This document shows positions 11,560 through 23,500 of a stretch of DNA of 64,000 nt, one piece after another (positions within the stretch are counted from its first letter, which is position 1; each line of letters opens with the position of its first letter). The stretch comes from Eledone cirrhosa (Eukaryota): assembly GCA_964016885.1 (NCBI GenBank), contig OZ024744.1, positions 129,642,001-129,706,000 of the forward strand, read 5' to 3'. Below the pieces are notes generated by a model. The model saw only the letters and a list, made by a program, of their open reading frames with translations, made no database searches and was not told the DNA's origin. Position numbers and translations under genes: made by a program.

Positions 11560-14500
11560 AGTTAAGTTGGGGTTAATTTAAGTTGGGGTTAAATTAAGTT
11601 GGGGTTAAGTTAAGTTGGGTTAAGTTAGGTTGGTGTTAAGTTAAGTTGGGGTTAAGTTAATTTGTGGTTAAGTTAAGTTGGGGTTAAGTTAAGTTGGGGT
11701 TAAGTTCAGTCGGGGTTAAGTTAAGTCGGGGTTAAGTTAAGTTGGGGTTAAGTTAAGTTGCGGTTAAGTTAAGTTGGGGTTAAGTTAAGTTGGGGTTAAG
11801 TTAATTAGGGTTAAGTTAAGTTGGGGTTAAGTTAAGTTGGGGTTAAGTTAAGTTGGGGTTAAGTTAGGTTGGTGTTAAGTTAAGTTGGGGTTAAGTTAAT
11901 TTGTGGTTAAGTTAAGTTGGGGTTACATTAAGTTGAGGTTAAGTTAAGTTGTGGTTAAGTTAAGTTAGGGTTAATTTAAGTTAGGGTTATGTTAAGTTGG
12001 GGTTAAGTTAAGTTGGAGTTAAGTTAGGTTGGTGTTAAGTTAAGTTGGGGTTAAGTTAATTTGTGGTTAAGTTAAGTTGGGGTTAAGTTAAGTTGGGGTT
12101 AAGTTCAGTCGGGGTTAAGTTAAGTCGGGGTTAAGTTAAGTTGGGGTTAAGTTAAGTTGAGGTTAAAGTTAAGTAGGGGTTAAATTACGTTGGGGTTAAG
12201 TTAAGTTGGGGTTAAGTTAAGTTGGGGTTAAGTTAAGTTGGGGTTAAGTTAAGTTGGGGCTAAGTTAAGTTGGGGCTAAGTTAAGTTGGGGCTAAGTTAA
12301 GTTGGGGTTAAGTTAAGGTGGGGTTAAGTTAAGTTGGGGTCAACTTAAGTTGGGGTTAAGTTAAGTTGGGGTTAAGTTAAGTTGGGGTTAAGTTAAGTTG
12401 GGGTTAAGTTAAGTTGGGGTTACGTTAAGTTGGGGGTAAGTTAAGTTGGTGGTAAGTTAAGTTGGGGGTAAGTTAAGATGGGGTTAAGTTAAGTTGGGGT
12501 TAATTTAATTTGGGGTTAAGTTAAGTTAGGGTTAAGTTAAGTTGGGGTTATGTTAAGTTGGGGTTAAGTTAAGTTGGGGTTAAGTTAAGTTGGGGTTCAA
12601 TTAAGTTGCGGTTAATTTAAGTTGGGTTTAAGTTAAGTTGGGGTTAAGTTAAGTTGGGGTTATGTTAAGTTGGTGTTAAGTTAAGTTGGGGTTAAGTTAA
12701 GTTGGGGTTAAGTTTAGTTGGGGTTAAGTTAGGTTGGTGTTAAGTTAAGTTGGCGGTAAGTTAAGTTGGGGGTAAGTTAAGTTGGTGTTAAGTTATGTTG
12801 GGGTTAAGTTAAGTTGGGGTTAAGTTAAGTTGGGTTTAAGTTAAGTTGGGGCTAAGTTAAGTTAGGGCTAAGTTAAGTTGGGGTTAAGTAAAGTTAGGGC
12901 TAAGTTAAGTTGGGGTTAAGTTAAGTTGGGGTTAAGTTAAGTTGGGGTTACATTAAGTTGAGGTTAAGTTAAGTTGGGGTTAAGTTAAGTTGGGTTTAAG
13001 TTAAGTTGGGGCTAAGTTAAGTTAGGGCTAAGTTAAGTTGGGGCTGAGTTAAGTTGGGGTTAAGTTAAGTTGGGGTTGAGTCAAGTTGGGGTTAAGTTAA
13101 GTTGGGGTTAAGTTAAGTTGGGGCTGAGTTAAGTTGGGGTTACGTTAAGTTGGGGTTAAGGTAAGTTGGGGTTAAGTTAAGTTCGGGTTAAGTTAAGTTG
13201 GTGTTAAGTTAAGTTGGGGCTGAGTTAAGTTGGGGCTAAGCTAAGTTGGGTCTAAGTTAAGTTGGGGTTAAGTTAAGTTGGGGTTAAGTTAAGTTGGTGT
13301 TAAATTAAGTTGGGGTTAAGTTAAGTTGGTGTTAAGTTAAGTTGGGGTTAAGTTAAGTTGGGGTTAATTAAGTTGGGGTTAAGTTAAGTTGGGGTTAAGT
13401 TAATTGGGGTTAAATTAAGTTAGGGTTGAGTTAAGTTGGGGTTAAGTTAAGTTGGGGTTATATTAAGTTGGGGTTAAGTTAAGTTGGGGTTAAGTAAAGT
13501 TGGGGTTCAGTTAAGTTGCGGTTAAGTTAAGTTGGGGTTAAGTTAAGTTAGGCTTAACTTAAGTTGGGCTTAAGTTAAGTTGGGGGTGAGTTAAGTTGGG
13601 GGTAAGTTAAGTTGGGGTTAAGTTAAGTTGGGGTTAAGTTGGGGTTAAGTTAATTTAGGGTTAAGTTAAGTTGGGGTTGAGTTAAGTTGGGGTTAAGTTA
13701 AGTGGTGTTTATGTTAAGTTGGGGTTAAGTTAAGTTGGGGTTAATTTAAATTGGGGTTAATTTAACTTTGTGGTTAAGTTAAGTTGGGGTTAATTTAAGT
13801 TGGGTTTAAGTTAAGTTGGGGTTAATTTAATTTGTGGTTAAGTTAAGTTGGGGTTAAGTTAAGTTGGGGTTGAGTTAAGCTGGGGTTAAGTTAAGTTGGG
13901 GTTAAAATAAGTTGGGGTTAAGTTAAGTTGGGGTTGAGTTAAGTTGGGGTTGAGTTAATTCGGGGTTAAGTTAAGTTGGGGTTAACTTAAGTTGGGTTTA
14001 ATTTAAGTTGGGGTTAAGTTAAGTTGGGGTTATAATTAAGTTGGGGTTAAGTTAAGTTGGGGGTAAGATAAGTTGGGGTTAGTTAAGTTGCGGTTAAGTT
14101 AAGTTGGGGTTAAGTTAAGTTGGGGTTAAGTTAAGTTGGGGTTAAGTTAAGTTGGGGTTAATTTAAGTTGGGGTTAATTTAAGTTGGGGTAAAGTTAAGT
14201 TGGGGGTAAGTTAAGTTGGGGTTAAGTTAAGTTGGGGTTAAGTTGGGGTTAAGTTAAGTTGGGGTTAATTTAAGTTGGGTTTAAGTTAAGTTGGGGTTAA
14301 TTTAATTTGTGGTTAAGTTAAGTTGGGGTTAAGTTAAGTTGGGGTTGAGTTAAGCTGGGGTTAAGTTAAGTTGGGGTTAAAATAAGTTGGGGTTAAGTTA
14401 AGTTGGGGTTGAGTTAAGTTGGGGTTGAGTTAATTCGGGGTTAAGTTAAGTTGGGGTTAACTTAAGTTGGGTTTAATTTAAGTTGGGGTTAAGTTAAGTT

Positions 14501-17500
14501 GGGGTTATAATTAAGTTGGCGGTAAGTTAAGTTGGGGGTAAGTTAAGTTGGTGTTAAGTTATGTTGGGGTTAAGTTAAGTTGGGGTTAAGTTAAGTTGGG
14601 TTTAAGTTAAGTTGGGGCTAAGTTAAGTTAGGGCTAAGTTAAGTTGGGGTTAAGTAAAGTTAGGGCTAAGTTAAGTTGGGGTTAAGTTAAGTTGGGGTTA
14701 AGTTAAGTTGGGGTTACATTAAGTTGAGGTTAAGTTAAGTTGGGGTTAAGTTAAGTTGGGTTTAAGTTAAGTTGGGGCTAAGTTAAGTTAGGGCTAAGTT
14801 AAGTTGGGGCTGAGTTAAGTTGGGGTTAAGTTAAGTTGGGGTTGAGTTAAGTTGGGGTTAAGTTAAGTTGGGGTTAAGTTAAGTTGGGGCTGAGTTAAGT
14901 TGGGGTTACGTTAAGTTGGGGTTAAGGTAAGTTGGGGTTAAGTTAAGTTCGGGTTAAGTTAAGTTGGTGTTAAGTTAAGTTGGGGCTGAGTTAAGTTGGG
15001 GCTAAGCTAAGTTGGGTCTAAGTTAAGTTGGGGTTAAGTTAAGTTGGGGTTAAGTTAAGTTGGTGTTAAATTAAGTTGGGGTTAAGTTAAGTTGGTGTTA
15101 AGTTAAGTTGGGGTTAAGATAAGTTGGGGTTAATTAAGTTGGGGTTAAGTTAAGTTGGGGTTAAGTTAATTGGGGTTAAATTAAGTTAGGGTTGAGTTAA
15201 GTTGGGGTTAAGTTAAGTTGGGGTTATATTAAGTTGGGGTTAAGTTAAGTTGGGGTTAAGTAAAGTTGGGGTTCAGTTAAGTTGCGGTTAAGTTAAGTTG
15301 GGGTTAAGTTAAGTTAGGCTTAACTTAAGTTGGGGTTAAGTTAAGTTGGGGGTGAGTTAAGTTGGGGGTAAGTTAAGTTGGGGTTAAGTTAAGTTGGGGT
15401 TAAGTTGGGGTTAAGTTAATTTAGGGTTAAGTTAAGTTGGGGTTGAGTTAAGTTGGGGTTAAGTTAAGTGGTGTTTATGTTAAGTTGGGGTTAAGTTAAG
15501 TTGGGGTTAATTTAAATTGGGGTTAATTTAACTTTGTGGTTAAGTTAAGTTGGGGTTAATTTAAGTTGGGTTTAAGTTAAGTTGGGGTTAATTTAATTTG
15601 TGGTTAAGTTAAGTTGGGGTTAAGTTAAGTTGGGGTTGAGTTAAGCTGGGGTTAAGTTAAGTTGGGGTTAAAATAAGTTGGGGTTAAGTTAAGTTGGGGT
15701 TGAGTTAAGTTGGGGTTGAGTTAATTCGGGGTTAAGTTAAGTTGGGGTTAACTTAAGTTGGGTTTAATTTAAGTTGGGGTTAAGTTAAGTTGGGGTTATA
15801 ATTAAGTTGGGGTTAAGTTAAGTTGGGGGTAAGATAAGTTGGGGTTAGTTAAGTTGCGGTTAAGTTAAGTTGGGGTTAAGTTAAGTTGGGGTTAAGTTAA
15901 GTTGGGGTTAAGTTAAGTTGGGGTTAATTTAAGTTGGGGTTAATTTAAGTTGGGGTAAAGTTAAGTTGGGGGTAAGTTAAGTTGGGGTTAAGTTAAGTTG
16001 GGGTTAAGTTGGGGTTAAGTTAAGTTAGGGTTAACTTAAGTTGGGGTTGTGTTAAGTGGTGGTTATGTTAAGTGGTGCTTATGTTAAGTTGGGGTTAAGT
16101 TAAGTTGGGGTTAAGTTAAATTGGGGTTAAGTTAAGTTGCGGTTAAGTTAAGTTGGGGTTAAGTTAAGTTGGGGTTAAGTTAATTAGGGTTAAGTTAAGT
16201 TGGGGTTAAGTTAAGTTGGGGTTAAGTTAAGTTGGGGTTAAGTTAATTTGTGGTTAAGTTAAGTTGGGGTTAAGTTAAGTTGGGGTTAAGTTAAGTTGGG
16301 GATAAGTTAAGTTGAGGATAATTTAAGTTGGGGTTAATTAAGTTGGCTTTAAGTTAAGTTGGGGTTAAGTTAAGTTGGGGTTAAGTTAAGTTGGTTAGTT
16401 AAGTTGAGTTTAAGTTAAGTTGGGGTTAATTTAAGTTGGGGTTAAGTTAAGTTGGGGTTAAGTTAAGTTGGGGTTAAGTTAAGTTGGGGTTCAGTTAAGT
16501 TGGGGTTAAGTTAAGTTGGGGTTAAGTTGGGGTAAAATTAAGTTGGGGTTAAGTTAAGTTGCGGTTAAGTTAAGTTGAGGTTAAGTTAAGTTGGGGTTAA
16601 GTTAAGTTGGGGTTAAGTGAAGTTGGGGCTAAGTTAAGTTGGAGCTAAGTTAAGTTGGGGCTAAGTTAAGTTGGGGTTAAGTTAAGTTGGGGTTAAGTTA
16701 AGGTGGGGATAAGTTAAGTTGGGGTCAACTTAAGTTGGGGTTAATTTAAGTTGGGGTTAACTTAAGTTGGGGTTAAGTTAAGTTGGGGTTAAGTTAAGTT
16801 GGGGTTAAGTTAAGTTGGGGTTACGTTAAGTTGGGGGTAAGTTAAGTTGGTGGTAAGTTAAGTTGGGGGTAAGTTAAGATGGGGTTAAGTTAAGTTGGGG
16901 TTAATTTAATTTGGGGTTAAGTTAAGTTAGGGTTAAGTTAAGTTGGGGTTGAGTTAAGTTGGGGTTAAGTTAAGTTGGGGTTATGTTAAGTTGGGGTTAA
17001 GTTAAGTTGGGGTTAAGTTAAGTTGGGGTTCAATTAAGTTGCGGTTAATTTAAGTTGGGGTTAAGTTAAGTTGGGGTTAAGTTAAGTTGGGGTTAAGTTA
17101 AGTTGGGGTTAAATTAAGTTGGGGTTAAATTAAGTTGGGGTTAAGTTAAGTTGGGGTTATGTTAAGTTGGTGTTAAGTTAAGTTGGGGTTAAGTTAAGTT
17201 GGGGTTAAGTTAGGTTGGTGTTAATTTAAGTTGGGGTTAAGTTAAGTTGGGGTTAAGTTAAGTTGGTTAGTTAAGTTGAGTTTAAGTTAAGTTGGGGTTA
17301 ATTTAAGTTGGGGTTAAGTTAAGTTGGGGTTAAGTTAAGTTGGGGTTAAGTTAAGTTGGGGTTCAGTTAAGTTGGGGTTAAGTTAAGTTGGGGTTAAGTT
17401 AAGTTGCGGTTAAGTTAAGTTGCCGTTAAGTTAAGTTGAGGTTAAGTTAAGTTGGGGTTAAGTTAAGTTGGGGTTAAGTTAAGTTGGGGCTAAGTTAAGT

Positions 17501-20500
17501 TGGGGCTGAGTTAAGTTGGGGCTAAGTTAAGTTGGGGTTAAGTTAACTTTGGGTTAAGTTAAGTTGGGTTTGAGTTAAGTTGGGGTTAATTAAGTTGGGG
17601 TTAAGTTAAGTTGGGTTTAAGTTGGGGTTAAGTTAAGTTGCGGTTAAGTTAAGTTGATGTTAAGTTAAGTTGGGGTTAAGTTAAGTTGGGGTTAAGTTAA
17701 GTTGGGGCTAAGTTAAGTTGGAGCTAAGTTAAGTTGGGGCTAGGTTAAGTTGGGGTTAAGTTAAGTTGGGGTTAAGTTAAGGTGGGGTTAAGTTAAGTTG
17801 GGGTCAACTTAAGTTGGGGTTAAGTTAAGTTGGGTTTAACTTAAGTTGGGGTTAAGTTAAGTTGGGGTTAAGTTAAGTTGGGGTTAAGTTAAGTTGGGGT
17901 TACGTTAAGTTGGGGGTAAGTCAAGTTGGTGGTAAGTTAAGTTGGGGGTAAGTTAAGATGGGGTTAAGTTAAGTTGGGGTTAATTTAATTTGGGGTTAAG
18001 TTAAGTTAGGGTTAAGTTAAGTTGGGGTTGAGTTAAGTTGGGGTTAAGTTAAGTTGGGGTTATGTTAAGTTGGGGTTAAGTTAAGTTGGGGTTAAGTTAA
18101 GTTGGGGTTCAATTAAGTTGCGGATAATTTAAGTTGGGGTTAAGTTAAGTTGGGGTTAAGTTAAGTTGGGGTTAAGTTAAGTTGGGGTTAAATTAAGTTG
18201 GGGTTATGTTAAGTTGGTGTTAAGTTACGTTGGGGTTAAGTTAAGTTGGGGTTAAGTTAGGTTGGTGTTAATTTAAGTTGGGGGTAAGTTAAGTTGGGGG
18301 TAAGTTAAGTTGGTGTTAAGTTAAGTTGGGGTTAAGTTAAGTTGGGGTTAAGTTAAGTTGGGTTTAAGTTAAGTTGGGGCTAAGTTAAGTTAGGGCTAAG
18401 TTAAGTTGGGGTTAAGTAAAGTTAGGGCTAAGTTAAGTTGGAGTTAAGTTAAGTTGGGGTTAATTTAAGTTGGGGTTACATTAAGTTGATGTTAAGTTAA
18501 GTTGGGGTTAAGTTAAGTTGGGGTTAAGTTAAGTTGGGGTTAAATTAAGTTGGGGTTAAATTAAGTTGGGGTTAAGTTAAGTTGGGGTTAAGTTAGGTTG
18601 GTGTTAAGTTAAGTTGGGGTTAAGTTAATTTGTGGTTAAGTTAAGTTGGGGTTAAGTTAAGTTGGGGTTAAGTTCAGTCGGGGTTAAGTTAAGTCGGGGT
18701 TAAGTTAAGTTGGGGTTAAGTTAAGTTGCGGTTAAGTTAAGTTGGGGTTAAGTTAAGTTGGGGTTAAGTTAATTAGGGTTAAGTTAAGTTGGGGTTAAGT
18801 TAAGTTGGGGTTAAGTTAAGTTGGGGTTAAGTTAAGTTGGGTTTAAGTTAAGTTGGGGCTAAGTTAAGTTAGGGCTAAGTTAAGTTGGGGTTAAGTTAAG
18901 TTGGGGTTAATTTAAGTTGGGGTTACATTAAGTTGAGGTTAAGTTAAGTTGTGGTTAAGTTAAGTTAGGGTTAATTTAAGTTAGGGTTATGTTAAGTTGG
19001 AGTTAAGTTAAGTTGGGGTTAAGTTAGGTTGGTGTTAAGTTAAGTTGGGGTTAAGTTAATTTGTGGTTAAGTTAAGTTGGGGTTAAGTTAAGTTGGGGTT
19101 AAGTTCAGTCGGGGTTAATTTAAGTCGGGGTTAAGTTAAGTTGGGGTTAAGTTAAGTTGGGGTTAAGTTAAGTTGGGGTTGAGTTAAGTTGGGGTTAAGT
19201 TAAGGTGGGGTTAAAATAAGTTGGGGTTAAGTTAAGTTGGGGTTGAGTTAAGTTGGGGTTGAGTTAATTTGGGGTTAAGTTAAGTTGGGGTTAACTTAAG
19301 TTGGGTTTAATTTAAGTTGGGGTTAATTTAAGTTGGGGTTAAATTAAGTTGGGGTTAAATTAAGTTGGGGTTAAGTTAAGTTGGGGGTAAGATAAGTTGG
19401 GGTTAGTTAAGTTGCGGTTAAGTTAAGTTGGGGTTAAGTTAAGTTGGGTTTAATTTAAGTTGGGGTTAATTTAAGTTGGGGTTAAGTTAAGTTGGGGTTA
19501 ATTTAAGTTGGGGTTAATTTAAGTTGGGGTTAAGTTAAGTTGGGGTTAAGTTAAGTTGGGGTAAAGTTAAGTTGGGGTTAAGTTAAGTTGGGGTTAAGTT
19601 AAGTTGGGGTTAAGTTGGGGTTAAGTTAAGTTAGGGTTAACTTAAGTTGGGGTTGTGTTAAGTGGTGGTTATGTTAAGTGGTGGTTATGTTAAGTTGGGG
19701 TTAAGTTAAGTTGGGGTTAAGTTAAATTGGGGTTAAGTTAAGTTGCGGTTAAGTTAAGTTGGGGTTAAGTTAAGTTGGGGTTAAGTTAATTACGGTTAAG
19801 TTAAGTTGGGGTTAAGTTAAGTTGGGGTTAAGTTAAGTTGGGGTTAAGTTAAGTTGGGGTTAAGTTAAGTTGGGGTTAAGATAAGTTGGGGTTAAGTTAA
19901 GTCGGGGTTAAGTTAAGTTAGGGTTAAGTTAAGTTGGGGTTAATTTAAGTTGGGGTTAAGTTAAGTTGGGGTTAAGTTAAGTTGGGGTTAAGTTAAGTTG
20001 AGGTTAAAGTTAAGTAGGGGTTAAATTATGTTGGAGTTAAGTTAAGTTGGGGTTAAGTTAAGTTGGGGTTAAGTTAAGTTGGGGATAAGTTAAGTTGGGG
20101 ATAAGTTAAGTTGGGGTTAATTAAGTTGGGTTTAAGTTAAGTTGGGGTTAAGTTAAGTTGGGGTTAAGTTAAGTTGGGGTTAAGTTAAGTTGGTTAGTTA
20201 AGTTGAGTTTAAGTTAAGTTGGGCTTAATTTAAGTTGGGGTTAAGTTAAGTTGGGGTTAAGTTAAGTTGGGGTTAAGTTAAGTTGGGGTTAAGTTAAGTT
20301 GGGGTTCAGTCAAGTTGGGGTTAAGTTAAGTTGGGGTTAAGTTGGGGTAAAATTAAGTTGGGGTTAAGTTAAGTTGGGGTTAAGTTAAGTTGGGGTTAAG
20401 TTAAGTTGGGGTTAAGTTAAGTTGCGGTTAAGTTAAGTTGAGGTTAAATTAAGTTGGGGTTAAGTTAAGTTGGGGTTAATTTAAGTTGGGGCTAAGTTAA

Positions 20501-23500
20501 GTTGGGGCTAAGTTAAGTTGGGGCTAAGTTAAGTTGGGGTTAAGTTAACTTTGGGTTAAGTTAAGTTGGGTTTGAGTTAAGTTGGGGTTAATTAAGTTGG
20601 GGTTAAGTTAAGTTGGGGTTAAGTTAAGTTGGGGTTAAGTTAAGTTGGTGTTAAGTTAAGTTGCGGTTAAGTTAAGTTGATGTTAAGTTAAGTTGGGGTT
20701 AATTTAAGTTGGGGTTAAGTTAAGTTGGGGCTAAGTTAAGTTGGGGCTAAGTTAAGGTGGGGTTAAGTTAAGTTGGGGTTAATTTAATTTGGGGTTAAGT
20801 TAAGTTAGGGTTAAATTAAGTTGGGGTTATGTTAAGTTGGGGTTAAGTTAAGTTGGGGTTAAGTTAAGTTGGGGTTCAATTAAGTTGCGGTTAATTTAAG
20901 TTGGGTTTAAGTTAAGTTGGGGTTCAGTTAAGTTGGGGTTATGTTAAGTTGGTGTTAAGTTAAGTTGGGGTTAAGTTAAGTTGGGGTTAAGTTAAGTTGG
21001 GGTTAAGTTAGGTTGGTGTTAAGTTAAGTTGGCGGTAAGTTAAGTTGGGGGTAAGTTAAGTTGGTGTTAAGTTATGTTGGGGTTAAGTTAAGTTGGGGTT
21101 AAGTTAAGTTGGGTTTAAGTTAAGTTGGGGCTAAGTTAAGTTAGGGCTAAGTTAAGTTGGGGTTAAGTAAAGTTAGGGCTAAGTTAAGTTGGGGTTAAGT
21201 TAAGTTGGGGTTAATTTAAGTTGGGGTTACATTAAGTTGAGGTTAAGTTAAGTTGGGGTTAAGTTAAGTTGGGTTTAAGTTAAGTTGGGGCTAAGTTAAG
21301 TTGGGGTTAAGTTAAGTTGGGGTTGAGTTAAGTTGGGGTTAAGTTAAGTTGGGGTTAAGTTAAGTTGGGGTTAAGTTAAGTTGGGGCTGAGTTAAGTTGG
21401 GGTTACGTTAAGTTGGGGCTAAGGTAAGTTGGGGTTAAGTTAAGTTCGGGTTAAGTTAAGTTGGTGTTAAGTTAAGTTGGGGCTGAGTTAAGTTGGGGCT
21501 AAGTTAAGTTGGGTCTAAGTTAAGTTGGGGTTAAGTTAAGTTGGGGTTAAGTTAAGTTGGTGTTAAATTAAGTTGGGGTTAAGTTAAGTTGGTGTTAAGT
21601 TAAGTTGGGGTTAAGTTAAGTTGGGGTTAATTAAGTTGGGGTTAAGTTAAGTTGGGGTTAAGTTAATTGGGGTTAAATTAGGTTAGGGTTGAGTTAAGTT
21701 GGGGTTAAGTTAAGTTGGGGTTATATTAAGTTGGGGTTAAGTTAAGTTGGGGTTAAGTAAAGTTGGGGTTCAGTTAAGTTGCGGTTAAGTTAAGTTGGGG
21801 TTAAGTTAAGTTAGGCTTAACTTAAGTTGGGGTTAAGTTAAGTTGGGGTGAGTTAAGTTGGGGGTAAGTTAAGTTGGGGTTAAGTTAAGTTGGGGTTAAG
21901 TTGGGGTTAAGTTAATTTAGGGTTAAGTTAAGTTGGGGTTGAGTTAAGTTGGGGTTAAGTTAAGTGGTGGTTATGTTAAGTTGGGGTTAAATTAAGTTGG
22001 GGTTAATTTAAATTGGGGTTAATTTAACTTTGTGGTTAAGTTAAGTTGGGGTTAATTTAAGTTGGGGTTAAGTTAAGTTGGGGTTAATTTAATTTGTGGT
22101 TAAGTTAAGTTGGGGTTAAGTTAAGTTGGGGTTGAGTTAAGCTGGGGTTAAGTTAAGTTGGGGTTAAAATAAGTTGGGGTTAAGTTAAGTTGGGGTTGAG
22201 TTAAGTTGGGGTTGAGTTAATTCGGGGTTAAGTTAAGTTGGGGTTAACTTAAGTTGGGTTTAATTTAAGTTGGGGTTAAGTTAAGTTGGGGTTATAATTA
22301 AGTTGGGGTTAAGTTAAGTTGGGGGTAAGATAAGTTGGGGTTAGTTAAGTTGCGGTTAAGTTAAGTTGGGGTTAAGTTAAGTTGGGGTTAAGTTAAGTTG
22401 GGGTTAAGTTAAGTTGGGGTTAAATTAAGTTGGGGTTAATTTAAGTTGGGGTAAAGTTAAGTTGGGGGTAAGTTAAGTTGGGGTTAAGTTAAGTTGGGGT
22501 TAAGTTGGGGTTAAGTTAAGTTAGGGTTAACTTAAGTTGGGGTTGTGTTAAGTGGTGGTTATGTTAAGTGGTGGTTATGTTAAGTTGGGGTTAAGTTAAG
22601 TTGGGGTTAAGTTAAATTGGGGTTAAGTTAAGTTGCGGTTAAGTTAAGTTGGGGTTAAGTTAAGTTGGGGTTAAGTTAATTAGGGTTAAGTTAAGTTGGG
22701 GTTAAGTTAAGTTGGGGTTAAGTTAAGTTGGGGTTAAGTTAATTTGTGGTTAAGTTAAGTTGGGGTTAAGTTAAGTTGGGGTTAAGTTAAGTTGGGGATA
22801 AGTTAAGTTGAGGATAAGTTAAGTTGGGGTTAATTAAGTTGGCTTTAAGTTAAGTTGGGGTTAAGTTAAGTTGGGGTTAAGTTAAGTTGGGGTTAAGTTA
22901 AGTTGGTTAGTTAAGTTGAGTTTAAGTTAAGTTGGGGTTAATTTAAGTTGGGGTTAAGTTAAGTTGGGGTTAAGTTAAGTTTGGGTTAAGTTAAGTTGGG
23001 GTTCAGTTAAGTTGGGGTTAAGTTAAGTTGGGGTTAAGTTGGGGTAAAATTAAGTTGGGGTTAAGTTAAGTTGCGGTTAAGTTAAGTTGAGGTTAAGTTA
23101 AGTTGGGGTTAAGTTAAGTTGGGGTTAAGTTAAGTTGGGGCTAAGTTAAGTTGGAGCTAAGTTAAGTTGGGGCTAAGTTAAGTTGGGGTTAAGTTAAGTT
23201 GGGGTTAAGTTAAGGTGGGGTTAAGTTAAATTGGGGTCAACTTAAGTTGGGGTTAATTTAAGTTGGGGTTAACTTAAGTTGGGGTTAAGTTAAGTTGGGG
23301 TTAAGTTAAGTTGGGGTTAAGTTAAGTTGGGGTTACGTTAAGTTGGGGGTAAGTTAAGTTGGTGGTAAGTTAAGTTGGGGGTAAGTTAAGATGGGGTTAA
23401 GTTAAGTTGGGGTTAATTTAATTTGGGTTTAAGTTAAGTTAGGGTTAAGTTAAGTTGGGGTTGAGTTAAGTTGGGGTTAAGTTAAGTTGGGGTTATGTTA

